From positions 1,120,001 through 1,184,000 of the forward strand of contig CAWIXE010000002.1 in NCBI GenBank assembly GCA_963840035.1: DNA of 64,000 nucleotides, given 5' to 3'. The stretch's first letter is position 1; each line of letters begins with the position of its first letter. The notes below the pieces were generated by a model. It was not told the DNA's origin and ran no database searches. It saw nothing but the letters and a program-made list of their open reading frames with translations. This document shows positions 38,815 through 47,604 of the stretch, one piece after another. This stretch comes from a candidate division FCPU426 bacterium. Its GTDB lineage: Bacteria; Oederibacteriota; PGYV01; Palsa-1178. A program made the translations under genes and the position numbers.

Positions 38815-39905
38815 AAGTTGATGAAAAAGACGAATCAAAGATAGAACGCTCCGGCATAAACCTTGACGAACAGGGCCGCAGCGGCTCTTTTGTGATGGCA
38901 AACAACCATGTCACCCATGTGACCATGCGGCAGGATGGCGTGGAAATGCTCCCCATCCACGACGCTTTGAAAAAATACCCGGAATTCTCGGATAAGATGT
39001 GGACTCTTGTCAATAAAGACAAGGACGAATACACAAAAGACGCTTACGCCGACACGCAGTCAGGGTACTTCATCCGCATAAAAGCCGGTGTAAAAGCGTT
39101 AATGCCTTTTCAGGCGTGTTTTTTTGTAAAACAGGACAAATTCAAGCAGAAAGTGCATAACCTGATAATTCTTGAGGAAGGCTCTTCCCTTCACATCATT
39201 AACGGCTGCGCAGCCGCTAATTACCTCGCGGAAGGCTCCCACATCGGAGTCACGGAAATGTTTGTCGGGAAAAACGCGCACTTAATGTACACGATGATAC
39301 ACGACTGGGCAAAAAATGTCGAGGTCAGGCCGCGTTCGGCCATCATCGTTGATGAAGGCGGTTCATATATATCAAATTATGTGGCGCTTCGCGACACAAA
39401 AATCACCCAGATGTACCCTACCGCGACACTCGCGGGCAAAGGCGCGGTCGCCAAATTTAATTCACTTGTGCTGGCGCCCGAGGGCTCTGTTTATGACCTT
39501 GGCGCAAGGGTCCTTTTAAACGCCGAGAACACCAGGGCCGAGATAATCAGCAGGTCAATATCTGACGGCGGCGACATCATAGCCCGCGGCCACCTCGAGG
39601 GCAACTCCCCTAAAGTCTTTGCGCACCTGGAATGCGACGGCCTGATGCTAAAAGACAAAGGCTTGATATCCGCGATACCGGAGCTCACTACAAAATATGC
39701 CGATGTAAATATGTCACACGAAGCTGCCATAGGAAAAATTGACGAGGAACAAATCATGTACTTAATGTCAAGGGGCATCCCAAAACCCGACGCGATATCC
39801 GCCATAGTCAGCGGTTTCATGGACGTAAAGATATTCGGCCTGCCGGAAGCGCTTGAGGAAGAGATAAATAAGAATATAAAGACGCTGGGTAAGGGAAGCC
39901 TTTAG
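38796..39905 (+). CDS. SufB/SufD family Fe-S scaffold (SmsB type)
   Basis: HNLIILEEGS.LHIINGC, AEIISR, HLEC.GL, AIPEL, SHEAAIGKI. Confidence 0.9.
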   Translation: MQRHKIEVDEKDESKIERSGINLDEQGRSGSFVMANNHVTHVTMRQDGVEMLPIHDALKKYPEFSDKMWTLVNKDKDEYTKDAYADTQSGYFIRIKAGVKALMPFQACFFVKQDKFKQKVHNLIILEEGSSLHIINGCAAANYLAEGSHIGVTEMFVGKNAHLMYTMIHDWAKNVEVRPRSAIIVDEGGSYISNYVALRDTKITQMYPTATLAGKGAVAKFNSLVLAPEGSVYDLGARVLLNAENTRAEIISRSISDGGDIIARGHLEGNSPKVFAHLECDGLMLKDKGLISAIPELTTKYADVNMSHEAAIGKIDEEQIMYLMSRGIPKPDAISAIVSGFMDVKIFGLPEALEEEINKNIKTLGKGSL

Positions 39906-39907
39906 AA

Positions 39908-40016
39908 CAATTTTCTATTTTGAATTTTCAATTTTCTATTAAAAATCAAAAAGGGCGGAACACATCCGCCCTTTTGTCATTTTCGCATTTAATTGAAAAT
40001 AGAAAATTTAAAATTA
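39908..40016. repeat. Inverted heptamer-periodic element (family A) enclosing a terminator
   Basis: CAATTTT CTATTTT GAATTTT CAATTTT CTATTAA -46 nt- TTAATTG AAAATAG AAAATTT AAAATTA. Confidence 0.88.
39948..39975. terminator. Bidirectional intrinsic terminator
   Basis: AAAAAGGGCGGA-ACACA-TCCGCCCTTTT between convergent genes. Confidence 0.85.
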
Positions 40017-40472
40017 TCTGTAAAACTTCACCACATGCGTATGCGTCAGCGCTTCCGCGCTGTCGTCTTCTTTCCTTACGCCGAGGATTATGAGCGTGTT
40101 TTTGGGGAATTTCACTCCCTGGAGCTCTTTTCTTATGAGGATGTTCATAACGTCGTCCTGCACCCTGTTGTCGCTTAAGTGGAACTCGCGCAGGTATACG
40201 ATGAAACCGTTGGGGTGCTTGCCTTCAAATGCCTCTTTTAGCCATTCGGGCGGTTTGCAGTCTTTCATTTTCATGCATCCCAGCTCGTTGTGTTCCAGGG
40301 TGCTTAAATCCTTGTCAATTAACTTTCTGCCGGTCTCATTGCTCACTTCAACAAGTATCTTATGGACCGTATCGCGCTGGTCGTGAAAGAGTATGATATC
40401 ACCCGGATCATGGGTGGTACAGGCACGCATGAAATACTTCTTCATCTCTTCATTACTTTTCATCAGATGCAT
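40014..40472 (-). CDS. Hypothetical protein, degenerate AAA+-like fragment
   Basis: PPEW...GFIVYLREF...VQ...MNIL......G.K.PKNTLIILG resembles an AAA_5/MoxR core without intact Walker motifs. Confidence 0.6.
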   Translation of the reverse strand: MHLMKSNEEMKKYFMRACTTHDPGDIILFHDQRDTVHKILVEVSNETGRKLIDKDLSTLEHNELGCMKMKDCKPPEWLKEAFEGKHPNGFIVYLREFHLSDNRVQDDVMNILIRKELQGVKFPKNTLIILGVRKEDDSAEALTHTHVVKFYR

Positions 40473-40482
40473 TTTTTACCCC

Positions 40483-40568
40483 TGATTTTAAATTTTCAAT
40501 TTTAAATTTTCAATTAAAGACTTTTCCGGTAAGTTAATTGAAAATTGAAAATATAAAATTGAAAATCC
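40483..40568. repeat. Inverted heptamer-periodic element (family A)
   Basis: TGATTTT AAATTTT CAATTTT AAATTTT CAATTAA -16 nt- TTAATTG AAAATTG AAAATAT AAAATTG AAAATCC. Confidence 0.9.
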
Positions 40569-40571
40569 GTT

Positions 40572-41924
40572 TTATTTAGGTACAGCCGATATTTCCTTGC
40601 TGTACTTCGATTCCCTGCCCTTTTCATCAACGGAAGTTACGACAAAATAACTCCTGAGGCCGCTCTTTAAAGGGCCGACTTTCAGGTAATACTTCGGCGC
40701 CGCGATCGGCAGCTTAGTAAGCTTGTAATATTTTCCTCCCGGTTTATAGCTCATATAGACGTTATATCCGGCTATTTTAACCTTGGTATCCTTGTCTATG
40801 GACCACATTACCCATATCTTCTTTGCCTCGGGTTTAAGCTTGATCATCTTCGGCGGATTTATGGGTTTTGGCGTGGGTACCGGTGTTGGCTGCCCGATGT
40901 TAATGGTCATTCCGACCCTGTGTGAATTGCCCAGAATCCCGTACGGTATAAAAGCGTAATCAATGCCTACTTCGGTGCCGTCAAAGTTCCTGGATACCCC
41001 GAATCCGAAAGTAAACCCCGCAAACCAGCCGAGGTCGCTTATTAAATTATTCCCGTTAAGCCTGTATCCGAGCCTGGGTTTTACCATGAATTCGGAGACA
41101 TTATAAATGTATTCAAGGCCGAAATTAAGTTTAAACGGCATATTCGCAGGCTGGAGCGGAAGCACCCCGTCAATGCCGACATTTAAGGCGTCTTTAGGGT
41201 CATCAACGGAGGTAAAAAGCCTCGGCGCCTTATATGCCACGCCGAACTTAAGGTTAAGGGGCAGCGGTGAATCCGGGGCGCCCTTTACCGTATTCATCTG
41301 CATGAAACTTACATTTTGGAATACAAGGCCGACATCAAATCCCTGCATCATGGTGTTTGCCAGTATTCCGATATCCAGCGCCGGAATCCAGCCCTCTTCA
41401 AGCGCTATTTTCTGGTTGATCAGCTTTAATGTCGCGCCGACCGCGAACATCTTCGCGGCCTGCCAGCTGTACGACACGCCGAGAACGGTTCCTCCCGCGC
41501 CGAAAGTCTCGCCCTGATTTTCCTGCCATTGCGAATAATTCCAGTCCCCGCCCGTATTAAACTCTTTGGTGACATTGACATCTTCAACCCTGACTAAGAG
41601 CGCTGTAATTCCTATGGTACCCCAGATATTTATGCCGAGCTGTTCCGCGGGAAAACCTACCGCGAGATATTCATATGAAGTGCCGCCGAAATTCTGATTG
41701 TGCATGAGGGCAAACTGCGGGTTCTGCACCTTTACAAGCGCCCCCGGATTCCACCAGCCCGCGTCCACATTATCAACCACGGCAGTATACGCCTCGCCCA
41801 TGCCGCACGCCCTTGCAGAGACCCCAAGGTTAAGGTATGGTGACGCGGTTACGCCGCCATACTCCGCCGCGTATAAACCGCAGGTTAAAAATATCGCGCA
41901 AATTAACGCTATTATCCTTTTCAT
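40572..41924 (-). CDS. PorV/PorQ-like outer-membrane beta-barrel with C-terminal FN3-like domain
   Basis: L.LGVSAR..GMGEAYTA......WNPG.L, IDYAF.PYG.LG.SHR, PTPVPTP linker, GYNVY...Y.VTSVD..G.ES..S. Confidence 0.82.
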   Translation of the reverse strand: MKRIIALICAIFLTCGLYAAEYGGVTASPYLNLGVSARACGMGEAYTAVVDNVDAGWWNPGALVKVQNPQFALMHNQNFGGTSYEYLAVGFPAEQLGINIWGTIGITALLVRVEDVNVTKEFNTGGDWNYSQWQENQGETFGAGGTVLGVSYSWQAAKMFAVGATLKLINQKIALEEGWIPALDIGILANTMMQGFDVGLVFQNVSFMQMNTVKGAPDSPLPLNLKFGVAYKAPRLFTSVDDPKDALNVGIDGVLPLQPANMPFKLNFGLEYIYNVSEFMVKPRLGYRLNGNNLISDLGWFAGFTFGFGVSRNFDGTEVGIDYAFIPYGILGNSHRVGMTINIGQPTPVPTPKPINPPKMIKLKPEAKKIWVMWSIDKDTKVKIAGYNVYMSYKPGGKYYKLTKLPIAAPKYYLKVGPLKSGLRSYFVVTSVDEKGRESKYSKEISAVPK

Positions 41925-41972
41925 TCGAGTCTCTCCTCGGTTAATATTATCGGTTATAAAAAATAAAACGGC

Positions 41973-43727
41973 CTACGGGTTTATAGTCGTAGACTCGCAT
42001 TTGTAACAGACTATTATCCTGAACACCCTGGTTTTTTTATCCGACGACTCCAGAACAAGGTAATAAAGCCCGGAAACGACTTTGGACCCGTTGTTGTTCT
42101 TTCCGTTCCACTCAAACCTGTTATTTGTCGTGGCAAGCACTTTCCCTGACTTAACAAGCGCGCCGTCCATGGCGTAAATGAATACCTTTGTATCCGGCGG
42201 GGTATTATCCACATAGAAAAATTTGCTGCCCATATTCGGGTTAAAAGGATTCGGGTAAACCCTGGCGCGGATAAGGTCCGGAGGCGCCGGCGTTGCCGTA
42301 AACGTAGGAGAAGGCGTCGCGGTTCCGCATATGCCAGTGCACGGAGTGTTCTCCGGCGTGGGCGTATTCGTCTGGGTCGGCATTGGATCTATGTAGCCGC
42401 AAACCTGGTCCGTGTTGGCCACCGGGTCATATAAAAGCGGCTCATGATAATTGGCATTTACGGTGTTGCCTTTTGATTTATTTTCGTCTGACGGGTCATA
42501 ATCAACAGGCCCGTTATTGCATGTCAACACCTTATAACAATATGTGTTTCCGCCTATAACAGCGGTATCAGTTAGGCATAATGGATATGTGCCCGCCTTG
42601 ACTATGCCGACGCTTACAAACGGATCCCCGCCTGAGGTGAGGGTCAGCGACCTATATACATGGTAAGCTGTGACCGGCACCGCAGGGTCATAAGTAGTCT
42701 GCGGCGGCCAGCTGACAAGCGCGCCCAGGGGCGTGCCGTTGTCATACGCCGTTGTGACTGTTATCGGAGAAGGCGAATCATAAACAGGCAGGCTGTCCTT
42801 TGCGCCGAGTGAAAGAAAATCATAATACATTATTATAGACCTGAAACTCGGAAGGGATTCAAATCCTTTACCCGCCAGGGTGGGCCATTTGGAGTAATCC
42901 GCCTTTGGCGCGTTTATGATGATATCCGTCACTGTCGAAACTCCAAAATACCTTCCCGTGGTGACATCATATTGATTGGCGAGATAATTTAAGGACATGG
43001 AATAAAAAGTGCTGAATGAGTTATCAAAGGCTCCCTGCGTCACAAAAGGCAGGTCGGAACCCGTGATAGTGACATTCCCGTCGTATATGGCGGCATTCTG
43101 GTAAAGAGGCTTTTCAGCTGATCCGCCGTTGGGATAAACATTAAAATACAGGTAAAATTTTATGTATCCATAACATGACATATCCCCCGCGTGTACTGTT
43201 ACAGGAGTAGGCGAAGGCCCTGCCGTAGGTATGCCTACCGGTTTTGGCACGTAACATCCGGTATTTTCAAAATTCTGCCCGAAATCCGGGTTTGTCGTCT
43301 CGGCATAATTGGTAAGGTGCACAAACTGCGGCGATGAATTGGTGTTTCCCGACCAGGAAACCCTCATGTATCCCTGCCCGTGTTTGGCAGGCGGGCAATT
43401 CGTATCAGTCGTGCCGGCGCACACGCCTCCCCCGCAATTTGTCATATAACTTAACGGAACGCCGTTATCCTTGGTGCCGCCCTGCCAGCCTTTATAATCA
43501 TATTCGGAATTGACCGGGGAATACTTCATGGTATATGGCGCATGGACAGAATCAAAATCATTTATTAAATTGGGGCTGACCGGGTAAATAGGCGGCCCAA
43601 AATAATAGTAATCCAGATCAAAAGCGTGCACATAAGGAGGGTTTGCTTTATTGGAAAAATAGCTGAAAATTGAGATCATTAGAAATACAATTAGAATCAC
43701 AAAAGAATAAATACGCCTGTTTTTCAT
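41973..43727 (-). CDS. Exported protein with Pro/Thr linker and FlgD-Ig / T9SS-CTD-like C-terminal domain
   Basis: VYPNPFNP...IY..DG.LV...WNGKN..G..V.SG.Y; FN3-like YHVYR..TYCYKV. Confidence 0.8.
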   Translation of the reverse strand: MKNRRIYSFVILIVFLMISIFSYFSNKANPPYVHAFDLDYYYFGPPIYPVSPNLINDFDSVHAPYTMKYSPVNSEYDYKGWQGGTKDNGVPLSYMTNCGGGVCAGTTDTNCPPAKHGQGYMRVSWSGNTNSSPQFVHLTNYAETTNPDFGQNFENTGCYVPKPVGIPTAGPSPTPVTVHAGDMSCYGYIKFYLYFNVYPNGGSAEKPLYQNAAIYDGNVTITGSDLPFVTQGAFDNSFSTFYSMSLNYLANQYDVTTGRYFGVSTVTDIIINAPKADYSKWPTLAGKGFESLPSFRSIIMYYDFLSLGAKDSLPVYDSPSPITVTTAYDNGTPLGALVSWPPQTTYDPAVPVTAYHVYRSLTLTSGGDPFVSVGIVKAGTYPLCLTDTAVIGGNTYCYKVLTCNNGPVDYDPSDENKSKGNTVNANYHEPLLYDPVANTDQVCGYIDPMPTQTNTPTPENTPCTGICGTATPSPTFTATPAPPDLIRARVYPNPFNPNMGSKFFYVDNTPPDTKVFIYAMDGALVKSGKVLATTNNRFEWNGKNNNGSKVVSGLYYLVLESSDKKTRVFRIIVCYKCESTTINP

Positions 43728-43758
43728 GATAAAACTCCTTTCCTATTTTTCTATAAAA

Positions 43759-43787
43759 ATTATAGTTGAAAAAATGCCCACTGTCAA
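43759..43787 (-). promoter_or_regulatory. Consensus sigma70 promoter
   Basis: TTGACA-17-TATAAT upstream of ATG 43727. Confidence 0.85.
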
Positions 43788-43998
43788 CACAAAGATTGCT
43801 TAAAAAAGATGGAAACGCCTTTTATTTCAGCCGATTCCCGGCGCGTGCGCCCTGTTCACAGCCATTGGGAATTTAGCGTTTGCCATCCGGGGCGCGCAGG
43901 TAAATTCCGGGCGTGCGGCACCGGTAATTATAAACAAAAAACTATTGTATCGCGGATGCCGGATGAAGTGGGTGAGCAGTTATATGAGAAATACGGTA

Positions 43999-45159
43999 TT
44001 ATTTGAGTAATTTATTGTCATTTATGGCGCAGCATTTTGAACAAACGGGCAAAAGTTTTTTCTTTTTCAGCAGTTTCCTGAAAGCAACATATTTTTCGCC
44101 GTTCCAGATGTCCTTAAAGGACTTATCCTTGATATTTCCCATGTCAGCGTTCAGATTGCTCAACAGGATGCATGGAAAAACCTCGCCATAGGGCGAAATA
44201 ATGGCGCGCGCCCAGGGAAATAAGCAGTAATCAACTTCATTATATGCCGGGTCGCCGTATTTTTTAACAGCCCGCACTGAAGGAAACGATATATTGATGT
44301 CAGCATCGGAGTTTTCCCTGATCAGCTGGCCCCTCACTTCAAGCATTTTATCAGGGTCAAGGTTGATCAGTTCGTCCGGCAGGTTGCCTATATCCCCCTG
44401 CCCCGGGCCTTCCATGCCAAGGATCTTTTTTGTGGCTTCGCTTAGTTTTGTGCCGTTATAAGTTATGAGCCCGACGTTCCAGTCCTTGAGCCCGGACGCC
44501 TTAATGCCCTTGAGCAGTTCAGGCAGCCCGTCCTGGTTCATCGCGGAAACCGAAGTTGATATGAGCAGCCTGGGTATTTCAAGGCCCTCTTTTTCCTTGC
44601 GCTTAAATATGCCAATGCCCTTGATTATCTTGTCATACGCGCCTTTCGCTCCCCTTATCCTGTCGTGAATATCCGCCGGGCCGTCCACGGAAATTGAAAT
44701 TGTATTGATGCGCGCGTCTATTATTTTGTCGATCACCGCCTCGTTAAGCAGAATACCGTTGGTAAAAAAATTGACCAAAAGCCCCTTTGATACCGCATAT
44801 TTTGAGATTGGAAAAAGATTTTCATATATGAGCGGCTCCCCGCCATGAAGCGTCAGCACTTTTACGCCCATGGCCGCGATATCATCTATGAGTTTTATGA
44901 TCTGATCGTAGGAAAGCTCGTCCGCCTTCCTTTTGTCTATCATATTTGCCGTATTGGATTTTTCATTTTCATTGTAATAATAGCACATGTTGCACCTTAA
45001 ATTGCAGCGGTAGGTAAGCAGCACAAGCACGTTGATGGGCGCAAGCGCTTTCCCGCGCATAAAAACATACGGAAGCCGGCTGTACATGTCTTCAGCCAGG
45101 CGTCCAAGATACTTGTTTTTTTGCAGCATTTTTATTATAAACGAGGAAAAATTTTTCAT
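43999..45159 (-). CDS. Radical SAM protein with SPASM/twitch domain
   Basis: CNLRCNMC, GGEP, TNG, ISVDG, C..PW...I.P.G.V.PC...GNI...IWNG...C.KCC. Confidence 0.92.
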   Translation of the reverse strand: MKNFSSFIIKMLQKNKYLGRLAEDMYSRLPYVFMRGKALAPINVLVLLTYRCNLRCNMCYYYNENEKSNTANMIDKRKADELSYDQIIKLIDDIAAMGVKVLTLHGGEPLIYENLFPISKYAVSKGLLVNFFTNGILLNEAVIDKIIDARINTISISVDGPADIHDRIRGAKGAYDKIIKGIGIFKRKEKEGLEIPRLLISTSVSAMNQDGLPELLKGIKASGLKDWNVGLITYNGTKLSEATKKILGMEGPGQGDIGNLPDELINLDPDKMLEVRGQLIRENSDADINISFPSVRAVKKYGDPAYNEVDYCLFPWARAIISPYGEVFPCILLSNLNADMGNIKDKSFKDIWNGEKYVAFRKLLKKKKLLPVCSKCCAINDNKLLK

Positions 45160-45165
45160 GTTTTA

Positions 45166-45194
45166 ATGATACACTCCCGGAATATGTTTGTCAA
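45166..45194 (-). promoter_or_regulatory. Sigma70 promoter, probably leaderless transcript
   Basis: TTGACA-17-TATCAT-6 nt-ATG(45159); no SD. Confidence 0.65.
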
Positions 45195-45290
45195 TGTCAT
45201 TCCTCCCCCCCAAAAACGCGGGGCGCAAACGCTTCATTAGGGGCAGTGCGCATACCGGCATAAAAACTCCCGCGGAAAGCAAGAATTGGC

Positions 45291-46457
45291 TCACAGCGAT
45301 TTAAAACCGTTTATTGTGCAGCATTTGGAGCAGATTGGAAGCAGGCCGCTCTTTTTGATTTTCTTCCTGAACTGTACGTATTTTTTTCCGTTCCATATCC
45401 TGCTTAAGGGCTCGTCTTTAATGTTTCCCATGTCCGCGTTTACCATGGATAACGGAATGCACGGAAAGACCTCCCCGTAAGGCGATATGACAACCCTGGC
45501 CCACGGTTCAAGGCAGTAATTAACCTCATTGAAATACGGGTCCTGATAATTCTCGATGGAAGCGGCTGACGGGAATATTATCTGCAGCCCCGCCCTTGAA
45601 TTTTCCTTTTTCAGTTTGTCCCTTACCTCTATCAGCGCTTTTTTATCAAGTTTGATGATTTCATCGGGAAGCCCGCTTAAGTCCCCCTGCCCGTGCGCGC
45701 CGCTTATGCCCAGGATTTTTTTTGTTTCGGCGCTGATCTTTTCGCTGTTATACGTCACAAGCCCCACGCCCCAGTTCGCAATGCCGTTCTCCCTGATAGT
45801 CTCAAAAAGACCCATTATGCCGGACTGGTTCATGGCCGATATGTATGTCGATACCGAAAGCCTGGGGACCGGAAGGCCCTGCTTTTGCTTTTCCTTAAAT
45901 ATCTTTATTCCCTGCACTATCTTTTTGAAGGCCCCTTTCATGCCCCGTATGTCGTCGTGTGCGCTTTCAGGCCCGTCCAGGGAAATGGTTATGCTGTTAA
46001 TGCGGGCGTCTATTATCTTATCAATTACCTTTTCGTCAAGAAGCACCCCGTTAGTTATGAAATTAACAAGCATTCCTTTTGATGCCGCGTATGCCGATAT
46101 TTTAAAGACGTCCCCGTACACAAGCGGCTCACCGCCATGAAGCGTAAGCACCCTGACGCCCATGCCGGCAGCGTCGTCTATGAACGCGCATATTTGCCCG
46201 TAAGTTAATTCTTCATTTTTTCTGGCGGAAATAAGGTTCTGAGTGGCGTTTTTTTCAGTTTCATTATAGTAAAAGCACATCTTGCACCTTAAATTGCACC
46301 GGTACGTCAGGAGCAATACGGCGGATAACGGCGCCAGGGCCTTCCCGTTCATGAACACATAAGGGATACGGCTGTACATGTCTTCCATGAACCTTGCAAC
46401 AAAAGCGTTCTTTTGAAGTAATTTTATCGCTGAAATCGCCAGTTTATTCACATGCAC
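45291..46457 (-). CDS. Radical SAM protein with SPASM/twitch domain (paralogue of 43999-45159)
   Basis: CNLRCKMC, same motif set; aligns by eye end to end with its neighbour. Confidence 0.92.
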   Translation of the reverse strand: MHVNKLAISAIKLLQKNAFVARFMEDMYSRIPYVFMNGKALAPLSAVLLLTYRCNLRCKMCFYYNETEKNATQNLISARKNEELTYGQICAFIDDAAGMGVRVLTLHGGEPLVYGDVFKISAYAASKGMLVNFITNGVLLDEKVIDKIIDARINSITISLDGPESAHDDIRGMKGAFKKIVQGIKIFKEKQKQGLPVPRLSVSTYISAMNQSGIMGLFETIRENGIANWGVGLVTYNSEKISAETKKILGISGAHGQGDLSGLPDEIIKLDKKALIEVRDKLKKENSRAGLQIIFPSAASIENYQDPYFNEVNYCLEPWARVVISPYGEVFPCIPLSMVNADMGNIKDEPLSRIWNGKKYVQFRKKIKKSGLLPICSKCCTINGFKSL

Positions 46458-46534
46458 CCCGTAAATTTTTTCGTAGTATCATAACTTTTTAAATCACGCG
46501 CAAAAAATCACGGATACTCTGCCTTACTTTAAAG

Positions 46535-46566
46535 AAAAACCGCCGGCATCTCTGCCGGCGGTTTTT
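46535..46566. terminator. Intrinsic terminator
   Basis: AAAAACCGCCGGCA-TCTC-TGCCGGCGGTTTTT. Confidence 0.85.
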
Positions 46567-46578
46567 ATGGCTATAAGA

Positions 46579-47574
46579 TTAGTACTTTATGGGCTTTAAA
46601 ACATAAAGCCTGTCAGACGTGATGTAAATCATGTTGCTGTTCCCGCCTGAGATGCAGTTCGGATACCTGATCAGGCAGCTTTTTGCCTCATCCGAATCCC
46701 AGCTTGAGACGAACTTGCCTTTGGGGCTGAATACAAGGATCTGATGCGATTCAAACCAGTTGAAATACACGTACCCGTCCGGCATGACCGTAAAATTCTC
46801 CAGCTGTGTAAACCTCTTGATTTTTGTTATCTTCCACGCTGTTTTTAATTTCCCGGTTTTATCAAAAACCTGCATGCGGGCGCCTGACGGTTCAAGCAGG
46901 TCCATTACATATATATCGCCGCTGTTGGACAGGTGTATCTTGCCCATGTTTGAAAATTTGCCCTTATCCGTGCCCCTGCCGCCAAACTCCAAGAGCCTTG
47001 TGGTAAAATCCTTTGGCATTTTAACCACTTTACCGGCCTCATGATCGGCAATATAAAAATTATCCTCGCTGTCAATTTCAAACCATGTCGCGTTGCTGAA
47101 GCCCGATAAAACTGTCCTTTTCATCTCCTTGAAGTTGGGGTCGTACTGGATGATAAGGTTCTTGCCCGAAAGCACGTATATGTTCCCTGCCGAATCGGCG
47201 ACAGTTACAGCGGCGCCTTCTTTTACGGTGTATATTTTTTCAATTTTGCCGTTTGTCTTGTCAACCTTCCTGACTTCCCCTCTTTCCCCGTCAGTTATAT
47301 AGATATACTGCCCGTATTCCGCCATAGTGGTTATGCCGTTGTAAGGCTTGTCAAACGACGTCACAAATGTGGGTTTTTTCGACTGTACTATGGACGCCTG
47401 GCTCACGAAATAAATCTCAACTGCCGCAAAAATCGCAAACGCGATAAGGACCATCACAAGCATCTTGCCGTTCTTCGAAGGCGCCGCCTTTTCAGCGACC
47501 GTGTTTTTCGCCGCTTCGGCAACAGGCGCTTTTGCCTTCTTGTTTTTTACCGCTGCATTTTTCTTTTTAGCCAT
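46579..47574 (-). CDS. Membrane-anchored NHL-repeat beta-propeller protein
   Basis: One TM; DS.GNIYV, FYIAD, FGG.G...G.F, GDIYV.D repeats. Confidence 0.82.
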   Translation of the reverse strand: MAKKKNAAVKNKKAKAPVAEAAKNTVAEKAAPSKNGKMLVMVLIAFAIFAAVEIYFVSQASIVQSKKPTFVTSFDKPYNGITTMAEYGQYIYITDGERGEVRKVDKTNGKIEKIYTVKEGAAVTVADSAGNIYVLSGKNLIIQYDPNFKEMKRTVLSGFSNATWFEIDSEDNFYIADHEAGKVVKMPKDFTTRLLEFGGRGTDKGKFSNMGKIHLSNSGDIYVMDLLEPSGARMQVFDKTGKLKTAWKITKIKRFTQLENFTVMPDGYVYFNWFESHQILVFSPKGKFVSSWDSDEAKSCLIRYPNCISGGNSNMIYITSDRLYVLKPIKY

Positions 47575-47604
47575 TTCTTCCTCCTTGAGATATTTTACTG
47601 ACTT

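Noticed and set aside
43809..44006. 65-aa ORF as radical SAM precursor peptide
   Set aside because: Opposite strand, no SD, no precursor-like features
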